A program made the translations under genes and the position numbers. A DNA stretch of 45,154 nucleotides, the filler included, from Jimgerdemannia flammicorona (taxonomy: Eukaryota), in the NCBI GenBank assembly GCA_003990765.1. It is 2 parts of 2 records of this genome, joined end to end, with 100 filler letters (N's around TTAATTAATTAA, not from the genome) between each part and the next. Parts side by side here need not be neighbours in the genome. Positions count along the whole stretch, not along the records: positions 1 to 22,530 come from RBNJ01001254.1; 1 more part is not named here. One strand, given 5' to 3'. Under the pieces are notes generated by a model. It saw only the letters and a list, made by a program, of their open reading frames with translations. It did no database searches and was not told the DNA's origin. How positions within the stretch are numbered: position 1 is the stretch's first letter; every line of letters begins with the position of its first letter. This document shows, one piece after another, positions 1-11,846 of this stretch.

Positions 1-1213
1 CACCCACTACCCTAATTCTCCCCTCACTCTTCTTACAGATACATTCCACCAATTTCCGGTGACACCCCCCACCCTCTCCCCATCCCCGCCACCAACCATT
101 CAAAATGTCAAGTGTTAACCATTCTCAGCGTGCAACCCTCGCCGCAACGATAGTCGCCCGACCCTCCTCAAAGACACTCAACCAATGGCCCGCCATCCCT
201 ACCCAGATTGCCAGGGCCCAACCCAGGGTCAACCATTCATCCCCTACCCCACCCACTAACCTCCGCCTAAGGTACCCCCATCTCTCTCCCTCCCCTTCCA
301 ACAGAGGCCATAGGCCCAACCGACTAGCAATAATGTCCCAAAAGTCCCCCATCACTATACACTCACCAAGCCAATGTTCAGGCGTCTGTACCACTCCCCC
401 CTCCTGACCGACATTCAAACATTCCTCACACTCAAACGTACCATCAGGCACTAAGTGCCCCAACTGGTAGTTCAGCATCACATTCCGCCTCAAGAACCTC
501 CACCATGTCACCCAGAATTTGGGGGGAAGCCACCGCGACACCTGTTTGCTCCAAAGCCAGACCCCATTCCAATCCCACTCCTCTCCAATCCCAGCCCGCT
601 GCCAAGCCTCAGGCCATACATCACCCCCAAGACCCATCTGGCATTCCATACCATCGCCAAGTTGAAAATCCTCCACCAAAGTACCGCCCAGTAGCAGCCA
701 GTCCCATCGCCACATCTGCGGACCCCACTCCTCCTCCCCCTCATCACCTCTCCATCGCAGCCCTATTCGCTTCGCACCGTCCACCACTCCCCACCAAAAG
801 CCCTTGTAGCACATCTTTTGACTACCATCCAGAGCCACCAGCACCAACAGATCACCGGATGTGCCACGGGGGGAGTACCGAGCTTCCCATACTCTCTGCA
901 TAAGTGGCACCCATTCTCTTCCACGCAACTCACTAGCCCTCTTCAGCCACCAAGCTCTCAGGCAATGTAGATGCTTGGTCAAGTCCACCAAGCCCAGCCC
1001 ACCCCGGTCAACCGGCAGTGACAGAACCTCCCAGCCAATTTGGCTCCGCCTTCCTGCCCAGATCCATGAACGTGACATTTTCACAAGCCGCTTGACTACC
1101 CAGGGAGGAAAGTCCAGATGATACCCCAAATACCACAACTTCGGCAGCCAATACCGGTTCAGCACCATCACCCTTCCTGCTAAGGATATATGCTGACCAC
1201 CCCACCTCAGCTC
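1..1213 (-). mobile_element. 5'-truncated L1/Tx1-like non-LTR retrotransposon, ORF2 C-terminal region (young copy)
   Basis: Open ORF 125..1171 has the post-RT 'WEVLSLPVDRGGLGLVDL' motif and a C-terminal CCHC zinc finger (CEEC...EHWLGEC). CpGs are retained. It abuts the family A LTR fragment at ~1214. Confidence 0.85.
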
Positions 1214-2568
1214 AATGATATCGTCTCTGATGAAGTAGTCATCTAGAAAGAGTTATTTGCAGACTAACTCTCCTTATTTGTTGAGGTAATAGTATATTGG
1301 AACTTCATTACTATTCCACAGAATAGCATTATCTGTCTTGTATGCTGGATAAGGTATTGGTGAGAGAAGGGGAAGTATATCATCTTTGCTTTCATTGGAT
1401 TCACTATCTGTATACCTCCTATAAGTTATGGTACTATGAGTTGCTGGGTTGTAGTAAGCTGGTAGCTGTGGTTTATGTTACTTGTACTCAGGTGGCAGAG
1501 TTATTGGTTTGATCTCAAGGGTTGTCTGGAGGTATAAATTATATTCTCCAGTCTCTTTATTATAGTTGAAGTAATTGGAGATAAATACAGATTGGTATTT
1601 ATACTAGTGGTCATTATTCCAATAAGTTTTGTATATAGTTATGAACTATTGTAAGTTCATCAACAAGATTAGCTGTATGATCAGGGTTAGCAGAGATCCT
1701 TGGCTCGAGATCATATCAGCATCAGAGGGATCATTGTCTTCTGCTTTGTCTTTATCAAATCAGATTATATCATAGATATCCTTCATAGTGTATCCAATTT
1801 AAGGCATTTGTAGGATATGGTCATTGGGGTGTAGGAAGGTTCTATCTGTGGTCTGAATGTATTTGAGATACTTGTGGTTGAGTTCTTGTATCATATCATC
1901 TATTTAGCTATAGGATAGGATAGTAATCATTTTAGCAGTAGTAACTCAGAGATAGGAAATAATGGTACTATACTTATAGAAGAGTTCTTGGTGTTTACAG
2001 GTGATGAGTTTCTGGTGTTGAGACATCTGGATAATGTCTGTATTATAATAGTGTTTGATCATGTCTTCCAAGAGGTGGCTGATCTGGTAGTAGCTTGAGA
2101 TTTTTCTGATTCAGTGAGCTTCACTAAGCATGTTCAGGGTATTCCATCAGGCTTCTACAAAGTAGAGAGATGCTAAGCTATGGATATTTATAAGGAGCAG
2201 AGGGGGTATGGCTCAGTTGATAATGGTATTCCAAATGTCAGCATGGATGCAGTTGTAGATCTCAGTGGTCATATTTGTGTATGTTCAGGAGTTGGGGTTG
2301 TTTGTTTGGTTTGTTTTGGTTCTCTGTTTTGATGCATCTTGGTGCTTGGTATATATGTATTTGGTCCTGATTAGTAAGATTCTATTTGTATAAATCTTAT
2401 ATTCCATGACTTTATGTTGACTCAGCTTTGTGCACTGTGACTTCAGTTTGACTCAGCTTTGTGATCTTATAGGTAGTTTTCAGATTTGTTCAGAGGTCAT
2501 ATGTGATTTCAGTGGCTTATTCTGAGGGTGATATGTGATTTTGGTGGCTTGAAGGTTGTACACTTATA
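1214..2568 (-). mobile_element. Family A LTR, partial (first ~1.35 kb), inserted into family B pol
   Basis: Reverse-complement match to 40232-~41590. Starts TATAAG (TGTAAG mutated) at 2568. Flanked by family B 'DVFPDKLSGLLP' sequence. Confidence 0.9.
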
Positions 2569-4648
2569 GGTAGTAGACCAGATAGCTTGTCTGGAAAGAC
2601 ATCCTTAAATTCTTCTAGCAGTAGCTTGATACTTTCATTGACTGATAGTCTCTTATCTTATTTCTTGGAGCAGATTATTATAATAAAGGCATGTATTACC
2701 TTTTTGAGTGCTTTCTTGTATTGTATAGCTGACAGTATTGCAATCTAGGTCTTGCTTATGGTCTTGTCTGTCTTGATTATAATGTTGGCTCTATCTTGAA
2801 ATAAGATAACTTTATTCTTACACCAATCAATGTCTGGGTTGTGTTTCATGAGCCAGGGTTTTTCTAAAATCAGGTCATAATCTCCTAGTAGTGTAATCTC
2901 AAAGTCTACTCATTCCTAATATTTCTGAATCTTGATGGACAGTTTGGTGGCAATTGACTCAATGGGATATAGAGTATCATCTGTAGTAACTATATTATTA
3001 TTCTTGGGTGCAGGCTTGATGAGGATCTTGAGGCTTTCAATGAAATTCTGATTAATGAAGTTCCCTGCAGCTCTACTGTCTATGAGTACTTGAACTTCTT
3101 TTCTTTTGACTAGGTCTTTAAAAATGAGCATAGCTTAAGCTTGATTTTCACTAAGACTTGCTACTTGATCAGTGCTACCAAAACTCTTTTGATCTCATTT
3201 GATTTCAGAGAGTTCTTAGACTTCTGTAATCTTAAGTTGACTGGCTTTTTCTAGGATCATTTGTGTGACTTGGTCTCCTTCTTTAACTATGTAGTCTTGA
3301 TCCTTCTGATTGATAAGTAAGACTTGAACTTATTCTCAAAAGTCTGGATCAATGACATCAGCACCTACATTTAAATGATGTTTGATACTGAGTTCTGATT
3401 GTGGTACAATTCTGGTATAATGTCCTTCAGAACATTGAACTGCAATTCCAGTAGGTACCAGAGTATGGCCCTTGGCTAAAATAGTGACTTGTTTGACTGA
3501 GTGTAGGTTAAGACCAATGGCTCCTTCTATTTGATATTGAGAGATCTGGGCCTTCAGATGAAGCTTCTTGACCTTGAGCTCAGGTTGACTGGTAGTGGGA
3601 TTGACAGATGTGTCCTTGGACAACATGGTGACTGATCTTGGGAATTCACTATTCTTCTTAGAACATTTAGTTGTAATGTATCCTATTTGATAATAGAAGA
3701 AACAGGCTCCAGATTTCTTCAAGCAGTCCTTTTCTTCAGAGGTGAGCTTGGTGTTCTTTTTGTTCATAGTATCTAAGTCCATTGGTGCTAGGCCAACTGT
3801 CCTTGGTTGGTTTCTGTGGTGGTTCTTGAAGTGGTTCTTCTTGTGGTGTTCTGGTTTGAAGTAGTTACCAAAGATGATAATATGTATCAAACCTATCAGT
3901 AATTCTCATGGCTTCATCAAGGTTCTTGGGTTCTTCTAGCTCAACCTTGACTCATGTGTTTCCCTTCAGATCTCAGATATAGCAGTTTATCTTTTCATCC
4001 TTAGATATTACTGGTAGCTCAAGTAAGATTAATAGGAATTGTGTATTATAGCTTTATATAGACTTAAGTTACTTGATGTTTACTAGCTTATCTCTGGCTA
4101 GCTTGGTAGCATTAGCAGACTTGAACTGTTTGTGAAGAGCTCTCTTGAAAGCTTCCTAATCTCTGATTTATATATGAGTATATAGATATAACTATGATAT
4201 GATTATACTACCAGATGACTGCATTTCCTCAGAGAAGTGTAGCAGCAAATTGGACTTGCATATCATCTTCCATTCTTATGAGCTTGAAGTATTGATCCAA
4301 CTAGAAGATCTATATATCTGTAGATAGTCCTCCTCGATAACTATCAAAGATATCTGGCTTGAGTGGTTTGAAACTGACTAGTACTATAGCAGGATATGAT
4401 GTACCTGCAGTTTGTGTTTTCTGCTGTTCTAGTTATACTTGAAGTTCTTGGATTTGGTGAGCCATAGTATTGATCATATTCTCTATACTGAGTTGCTGTC
4501 CTCTTGCTTCTTCTGTAGCAGAGGGGTCTGGCTAGTAGACTGACTCTTCATGGCTCATTTCAGATTTGTGTGACTATTGTGACTGGTTTCTGAATTTGTG
4601 TGAGGTTTCTTAATAAGGCAAGATATAATGACACCACTGCTACCAAGT
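2569..4648 (-). mobile_element. Degenerate Ty3/gypsy family B: PBS, gag (PMDLD + zinc knuckle), dUTPase, aspartic protease
   Basis: PBS TGGTAGCAGTGG at 4634-4645. ORF 3336..3890 has APMDLD, a CCHC remnant and dUTPase motifs (LVPTGIAV, NVGADVIDPDF). ORF 2916..3131 has LIDSRAAGNFI (DSGA protease site). Confidence 0.85.
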
Positions 4649-4649
4649 A

Positions 4650-7600
4650 TAATGGTTCTAGTTTCTTTAAGAGGAAGCAGCTAAATCTGGAAGTTCTAGT
4701 TGGCCTAAAGTAGCTCAAAGAGATACTTAAAGATTCAAGTATTTTTGAAGAATTTCTGAGAGAAAATATTCTGAGCTTTATTCAGACAGTGAACAAGAAT
4801 ATTTATATATGATCTGAAAGAAAGATTCAGAAAGATCTTGGAAAGAAAGAGAAATGCCAAGAAATAAGTTCTTGGTAAAGCTGACTTATACTATTTTACA
4901 ATATTCCAAAAGGTTCCATGACTAGCTAAGATAAGATACTTAGTGCCAAGGAAAGACAAGAATGTTCTAGTAGTGTCTGGATACTAAGAGAAAGTTTCTA
5001 AGCAAGTAGAAGATAATGAAATATAGTAGAATATTCAAGAAATAACAGAAAAAGACTAACTAAAAGATGTAAAAATGTACTAAGACTAAATATGACTGTG
5101 AAATTATTACATCATCACTTAGTTCAGAAGTTTACTATCACTATAAATAAGAAAAGAAAAACTTACTATACTTGTAGAGAAGAAGACCACTACTTCTATG
5201 AATATATGAGTGAGACTAAGCATAAGACTCAACCAAGTAATACTACTAGAAACTATAAACAGATCAATATTATCACTTTTGAAGAGATTGAAAATTCAGA
5301 GAAAGAGCAAGAATAGAAAGCTTACTCTACTCTCATCTCTAAGAAGGATGTCTATAAGGAGTTATATAAGAGACCATCAGAAAGATATCAAGAGAATCTT
5401 AGTGAAATGATCTGTAGAAATACAAATAGAAGTACCTATATAAAGTGAAACCATAGCTAAAGAAATAGATTAAAATATAAAACTCAAATAAGTAGTCAAA
5501 GATATTATCTGAGATAATACTCCTACCAGTAAAAGAGAAAGAAGAAGCTATAAAAGAGCAAGACCTTAAAGTAAGATATCTTCAAGAATCTTAGTTAGTA
5601 AAAAGTCAATGTAACCTTTGGATAGTTAGCAGAAATCCCTACCTTTAGACAACAAATGAGACTGAGACTTACAGAAACAGTTAAGAATTAAGAATGAAAG
5701 ATAGTAGAGATCAATAATATATAAGAAGACTCTATTGAAGAGAGTGAGTAAAATAACTACAAGACCTCTACCTATGCTATCTATTAGATTGAGGATAAGA
5801 TCTTTAAAGCTATTATTGATACAGGAGTAAGAGAATACCTTCTTAGCAAGAAAGCTATAGACTGCCTAGGTTGGGAAATCAAAGAAGCTATAAAATTGAT
5901 ATTTGTTATAGTAGATAATATAAAAGCTATATTCTTGGGAAAAATTTAAGATATCTCTATTAAGTTTGGAAGAGTGACTATCTCAGTAGATGTAATTATT
6001 ATAAATATCACTAACTATAATATTTTTATCAATAACTAGTGGCTTTATAAAGTTAAGGCTATAATTGATATAAATTTCCAGAAGATACTAATTATCTACT
6101 GAGAACAAAATATACAAATTCCTATTAATATTAACTCTTTAAAATAGAGGAAGAAGTCAACAAACATGAAGAAGTCTATATAGTAACTATCTAGAAGAAG
6201 AAGAAAAAGAAAAAGAATATCAGATAAATTAGTAAAGAAGATTGATATAAGAAGATTGCTGAAGAATATACTCTATAAGGAAGGAGTCTGTTTTTATAGA
6301 ATTTAGATATACTATATAAAGTATATAGATGAGTACTATTAATATATTGCTAAGATCTATAAGATTTATTATAAAGAGAAAGAAAAAAGACAGAGATAGT
6401 AAGAAAAGAAAGACTGAGAGGATGAACCACTAGCCCTCTTAGAGGTTAGTAATAATAAAGAAGAAATCAAGATCAAGATTTAGAAGATTTATTCTGATAT
6501 ATATAGTTCTGCCAGAATACAAGTTAGAAAATATAGTTAGAATAGATATTACTATAGTTGAGGAGATAATTCTTAAACCTCAGATAACTACTCTACTTAT
6601 AATTAGTCTAGAGATAATTATTTTCAAGAACTATATCAGAATACTCAAGATAAGGAGTAGTTTAGTCAAGAGTGAAATTTTGATTAAAGGAGAAGTTATT
6701 GGTTCTGATTATATTAGAGAAATCCTACTTATTACTAAGAACTACAATTCTATAATTTTCTTTATAGTTAAGAAGAGAGACTAACTTATACAAATATTAA
6801 TCTTCTCAGTACTACAATCTAAAATCTTAGAAGTAAAGAAGCTAGAGAAAATAAATAGAGAAAGAAAAGAATTTAAATTTATAGAAGAGGAGTTTTCATC
6901 AATATTAAGATTACTAAATTAAACTACAAAAAGAAGAAAATTATAGATAAGTACAGCTATACTATTGGAAATAAATTTTTATTCAAGAAAGAATTCAAGA
7001 AGCTATTGTATGAATTTGAAGATATTCTTATTACTGATTTTAAAGATATCAAAGAAAAGATACTATACTATTATTATTATATAGATATAGAAGACATTAA
7101 GCCAATCTATCAAAGGACAAGATCAATTCTATTGATATATTATAAATGACTCAGAGAAGAGATAAAGTAGATAGAAGAAGCCAGTATCATCAAGAAAGTC
7201 ATTAGCTCATCAATTATACTAGTCTTGAAGAAAGAAAGCAAGCTAGAAGAATTTGCTTCAAGACTCTATATAGACTATAGAAAGCTCAATGAGATCACCA
7301 AGAAAGATCACCAATTACTATCTCTTATCAGTAATATCCTAATAATATTAAAAGATAAAGTGCAATACTATACTACTTTAAATTTATACTCAGAATTCTA
7401 TCAAATTAGCCTTATCAAGAAAGCTAGCAAAAAGTCAGTTTTTATTATTTCAGATAAAATCTATGTTTACCTATAAATACTATTCAAGATATATAATATA
7501 TTAATAAGTTTTCAGAGAATAATAAATAAGATCTTCTAAGAAGATATAGAAAAATAAATAATAGTCTATATGGATGATATAATTATCTTCTGCAAGACAG

Positions 7601-10340
7601 CTAAGAAATATCTGAACTATATTTATTGAATCTTGTAGAAATTGAGAGTATATGACCTATTTATCAAGCTAAAGAAATATAAGTTTACAGAAATTAAGAT
7701 CTTCTATCTTGAATATATCATCAATTTGACTAGAACTTATACAGACCTTATTAAGATTTAAACAGTTACAGTCTACTCAAGACCTACTATAATTATAAAA
7801 GCTCAAGCTTTTATAAGACTTGCTACTTATTATAGAATATTTATCAAAGAATTTTCTAATATTACAGACTCTATTTATGAACTATTCCAGAAGAATACTA
7901 AGTTTCAATAAACTAGTAAGCAGTAATATACTTTCAAATATCTCAAAGTTCAATTGACCCAGGTACCTATCTTGAGAAGACCTGACTGATCTCAAGAGTT
8001 CATCTTGTAGACAAATATAAGCTCAATTAGACTAAAAGTTATTCTTATATAAAAGAAAGATAAAGTTGAAAATATAATTGTATATTTTAGTTGAGAAACT
8101 TATAGAGAAGAAAGAGAATATAAATCTTATAAACTAGAGTATCTTACAGTTATCTGGGTTATAGAAAAGTTCTACTACTATCTTATAGAGAGATACTTCA
8201 CCATTCAGATTGATCATTCAGCTCTTATCTGATTGTTAACCATAAGTAAACTTAAAGGAATATTTTTCAGATAGATCATAAAACTACAAACCTATAATAT
8301 AACTATCATATACTACTCAGAAAAAACTAATATCAATATAGATATACTCTTATAGATATCCCAAAGAATCTATATCCAGTAAAATAAAAATGAATAAAAA
8401 ACTCTACTATAGAATTATTATCTATCTAAGAGAGCAATAGATGTCCCAATACATATCTAGAAGAATAGATACAAATAATTATCAATAGAACTAATACTTA
8501 GAATAAATTGAATTAAATCAAATTTGCCCTTAATTTAATTTAATTTAAAATATTTGAATTAAATTAAGGATCAATTCAATTTAATTCAATTTAAATTAAG
8601 ACTCAATTTTAATTTTTCAAAATTCAATAACTCAACTAAAATATATATATTCAAATTTAATGAATTTCAGCTTGTTTAATATACTCTATAATAGAGAATC
8701 TAGTATAATAAAGAATATTAAATTTAGATATATTTTTATTAAGTTATTATATTTTAAATTTGAAATAAATATTTCAATCAGATTCTAATTTAATTTAATT
8801 AAATTAAATCAGACCTTAATTTAATTTGAATAACTCTCAATTCAATTCAATTCAAATTAATTTAATTTGTTTAAGAGTACTAAATAGAATTTGGAAATAA
8901 TTTTGAAACTAATGGAGAAATACTAAAGAAAAAAAAACTACTAGTTATATCAGAGTATAAGAAGAAATAAGCAATGAAGTCAGTATATAAACTTGACTAT
9001 CTAAGAGAAACAAATACTTATAATAAAGTAAAAAATAATAATATAGTGGCCCAAAATAGAGAAAGATATCAGAAAATTTGTCAAGATCTATAATAAATAC
9101 TAGAAATAGAGGTAAGATCAATGAAACTAGATACTAGATTTAGTAGATATAGAACTAGTATTATTTACCCATATTGCAATAGATGTAATTGGTCTGCTAT
9201 CTCTAATATTAACTAGTAACTGATATATTATTGTCATTATAGATCTCTTCATAAAATGAATAGAAGTAGAACTTCTCAAAGAAGTCAATATATAGTCAAT
9301 AGTTAATTTCTTCTATAGAGTAATTATCTACTGATTCAAGATACTAAAGCAAATAATAATAGATAGAGAAACAGAATTTATAAACTAGTTTTTTGAGATT
9401 TTCTACAAGAAGTATAAGATTCAGTACATTTAAACTACAGCTTATTATTTATAGAAAAATAGACAGACAGAAAGGACCAATAAAACTCTTAAAAATATTA
9501 TTGCTAAGATCTATAATAACTACAAAAATTGGGACCACTATCTGTCAATAATATTATCTACTCTTTGGAATATATAATTACAAAGTACCTACTTTATCTC
9601 TCAAGAATCACTATTTAGAGAAGAAATTTCTAAAGAAATACTATTATTCAATAGAGATATAGTATGAAAATAAGTAGATATTAAGATATAGAAATTATAT
9701 CAAATAAAAAAGAAGATTGAAAATTATATAATTAAGATATAGATATTATAATAAAGCAATGTGAAAAAGATCTACAAGTTCTTAAAGATTATTAAGATAG
9801 AAGCCAAAGTTCTGATATATTAAAATATAGTAGAAGCTTCATGGTTATAAAAACTGAAGCCTAAGTGAGAAGAATCTTATCTTGTGCAAAATATAAAAGA
9901 AACTACTTTTTAGCTATAAAAACTATTCAGCACAATCATCCCCACTACCATTTACTGAAACTGACTCAAGAAGTACTATAGCTAACTAATAAAATACTAC
10001 TTTGGCCTTCAAGATTATAAGTACTACTTAGCAAGCTATAGAAAGATAATAATTATCAAGTATCAGATATCCTATATATACCCAAATTACTATTATCAAG
10101 CAGATTTACAAACTATTTAAGAATAATAAATAAGCTCTGGCCTATTTCTGAGAAATAGTCTCAAGAGATTTTTAATAAGTAAAAAAATATCATTGAGAGA
10201 ATATAATTAAGTAGATCATATAGTATAAGAATATGCAACTAGTAGAAGTATAGAAATTTGAATAAGTTAATTCAGAGATAAAATTACTTATTTAGAAAAA
10301 AGTTATAATAATTGATCTAAATTAGAAACAACAATTAGGA
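4650..10340 (+). mobile_element. Highly degenerate Ty3/gypsy family C: gag, protease, dUTPase, RT, RNase H, integrase
   Basis: Zinc knuckle remnant ~5165-5200; AIIDTG ~5810; dUTPase remnant RSSLVK...GEVIGSDY ~6650-6715; RLYIDYRKLN (7225 ORF); YMDD ~7567; RNase H 'IDHSAL' ~8210; integrase remnants ~8900-9980. Confidence 0.85.
8492..8882. mobile_element. hAT-type MITE (391 bp) inserted in family C pol
   Basis: Imperfect TIRs (TAATACTTAGAATAAATTGAATTAA ... TTAATTTAATTTGTTTAAGAGTACTA). 8-bp target duplication AATAGAAC (8484-8491) / AATAGAAT (8883-8890). Internal AATTC/AATTT repeats. Confidence 0.7.
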
Positions 10341-10356
10341 GATAGATATTTGATTG

Positions 10357-10438
<82 letters not shown>
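10357..10438 (+). repeat. Poly(A) runs followed by (TA)n
   Basis: Seen directly. Confidence 0.9.
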
Positions 10439-10477
10439 TTAATTATAGTATCTAAATCTAATTTCTGATATAGTATA

Positions 10478-11340
10478 ATATTACAATTTGTACAACTATA
10501 TAAAATATATAATTATATAGATTATATAGATTACAAATCTCTCAATTATATGAAATAACTTCCAGAAAAAGAAGTTCTAACTTAGCTCCTATATAGCTAG
10601 TAAACTTATATAAATATCCTTAATATTTAGAGTAAATAAATCTCAGATTAAAATAGTTTAAGCAAAGAGATAAGAAACTAGTAAGTCTGTAAATAGATAT
10701 ACTTTGAACTTATCTACTTCTATATTTGAGAACTCTAAGGAGTTTAAGAAGATCAAGTATTCAAGATAAAGAAATCTACTACACTTCTACCAGTATATAT
10801 CTGCTATGTTATAATATATTGCTAGTTACTGCTCATAATTAACAGTTTTTTATTTTATTTTCTTTCTATTATAATATAGTAGAAACTTAATTTAGAAAGT
10901 ATATCAGATTTCTTTATTTTGAATTTTATCTTTTTTAACTTTCAGAGTTAGTAGTAGTGAATTTAAAGATATATATATCTGCAGGTTTTTTTTTATCAAA
11001 CTACTTATTCTTTTGAACTATTTTAATTTGAGATTTATTTACAAATTATTTATACAAGATGGTTAACTATAAAGTAACTAAGTTATGAGTTATTACTACA
11101 AAAATATAAGGATCATAAATATAAAGTACTGATTGTAAATATGAAATTCATAAATTGGAGACTATCAACTATAACTTAGATTTGAATCTCTTTCTTTTAT
11201 TTTTCTCCTTAAGTTATTTCTTTATATCTTACATATTTTCTTTTTTTTAACCAGTCTTTACAGATCTCTTCTTTTAATTTAAATATATATTTAAATATAC
11301 ATCTATTCACTTATCCTTATAGATCAGTTGTGGGAACATT
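10478..11340 (+). mobile_element. Possible degenerate 3' LTR of family C
   Basis: AT-rich, CpG-free noncoding block after the integrase, with a TATAAATA near 10608. Boundaries are guessed; there is no second copy in the window. Confidence 0.3.
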
Positions 11341-11846
11341 AAGAGTTCTTCTAGTCTTTATATATATTGAATAATATGATAAACATTTTCACCTCAGTGT
11401 CGATTTTTACTAGAAAAATCTTTGATATGTAACAAAGGAGAAGAAAAGAGAGTTGATAGGTTGAAACCTAAGACGACTCCACCGCTCCCATCCAGTCGTC
11501 AATTAAGGATACTGTACGAAACCTTAGAAACCAATCTATTGAATTTGAATGTGCCAAAATTGTACAATGCAATCATGGATTACATGCGACCAAAACTATC
11601 CGATGGGATACGATACAATCAAGCCAACAGAGATTATAACTATACACAATTAACATGAAGAGGCTTGCGAGCGATTACATTACTAATTGTCGAGACTGTA
11701 TATACGAGAATTATGAATTCCATGCGACTTCGAAAATGCAATACAAGAAAAACCGGATGGAAACAAAAAAAAAAAAATTGTCTTGGGAACCGCCCAACGC
11801 CCACCACATCCATTAACAATACTCAGCTTCCTCTCTCGCAACACAC

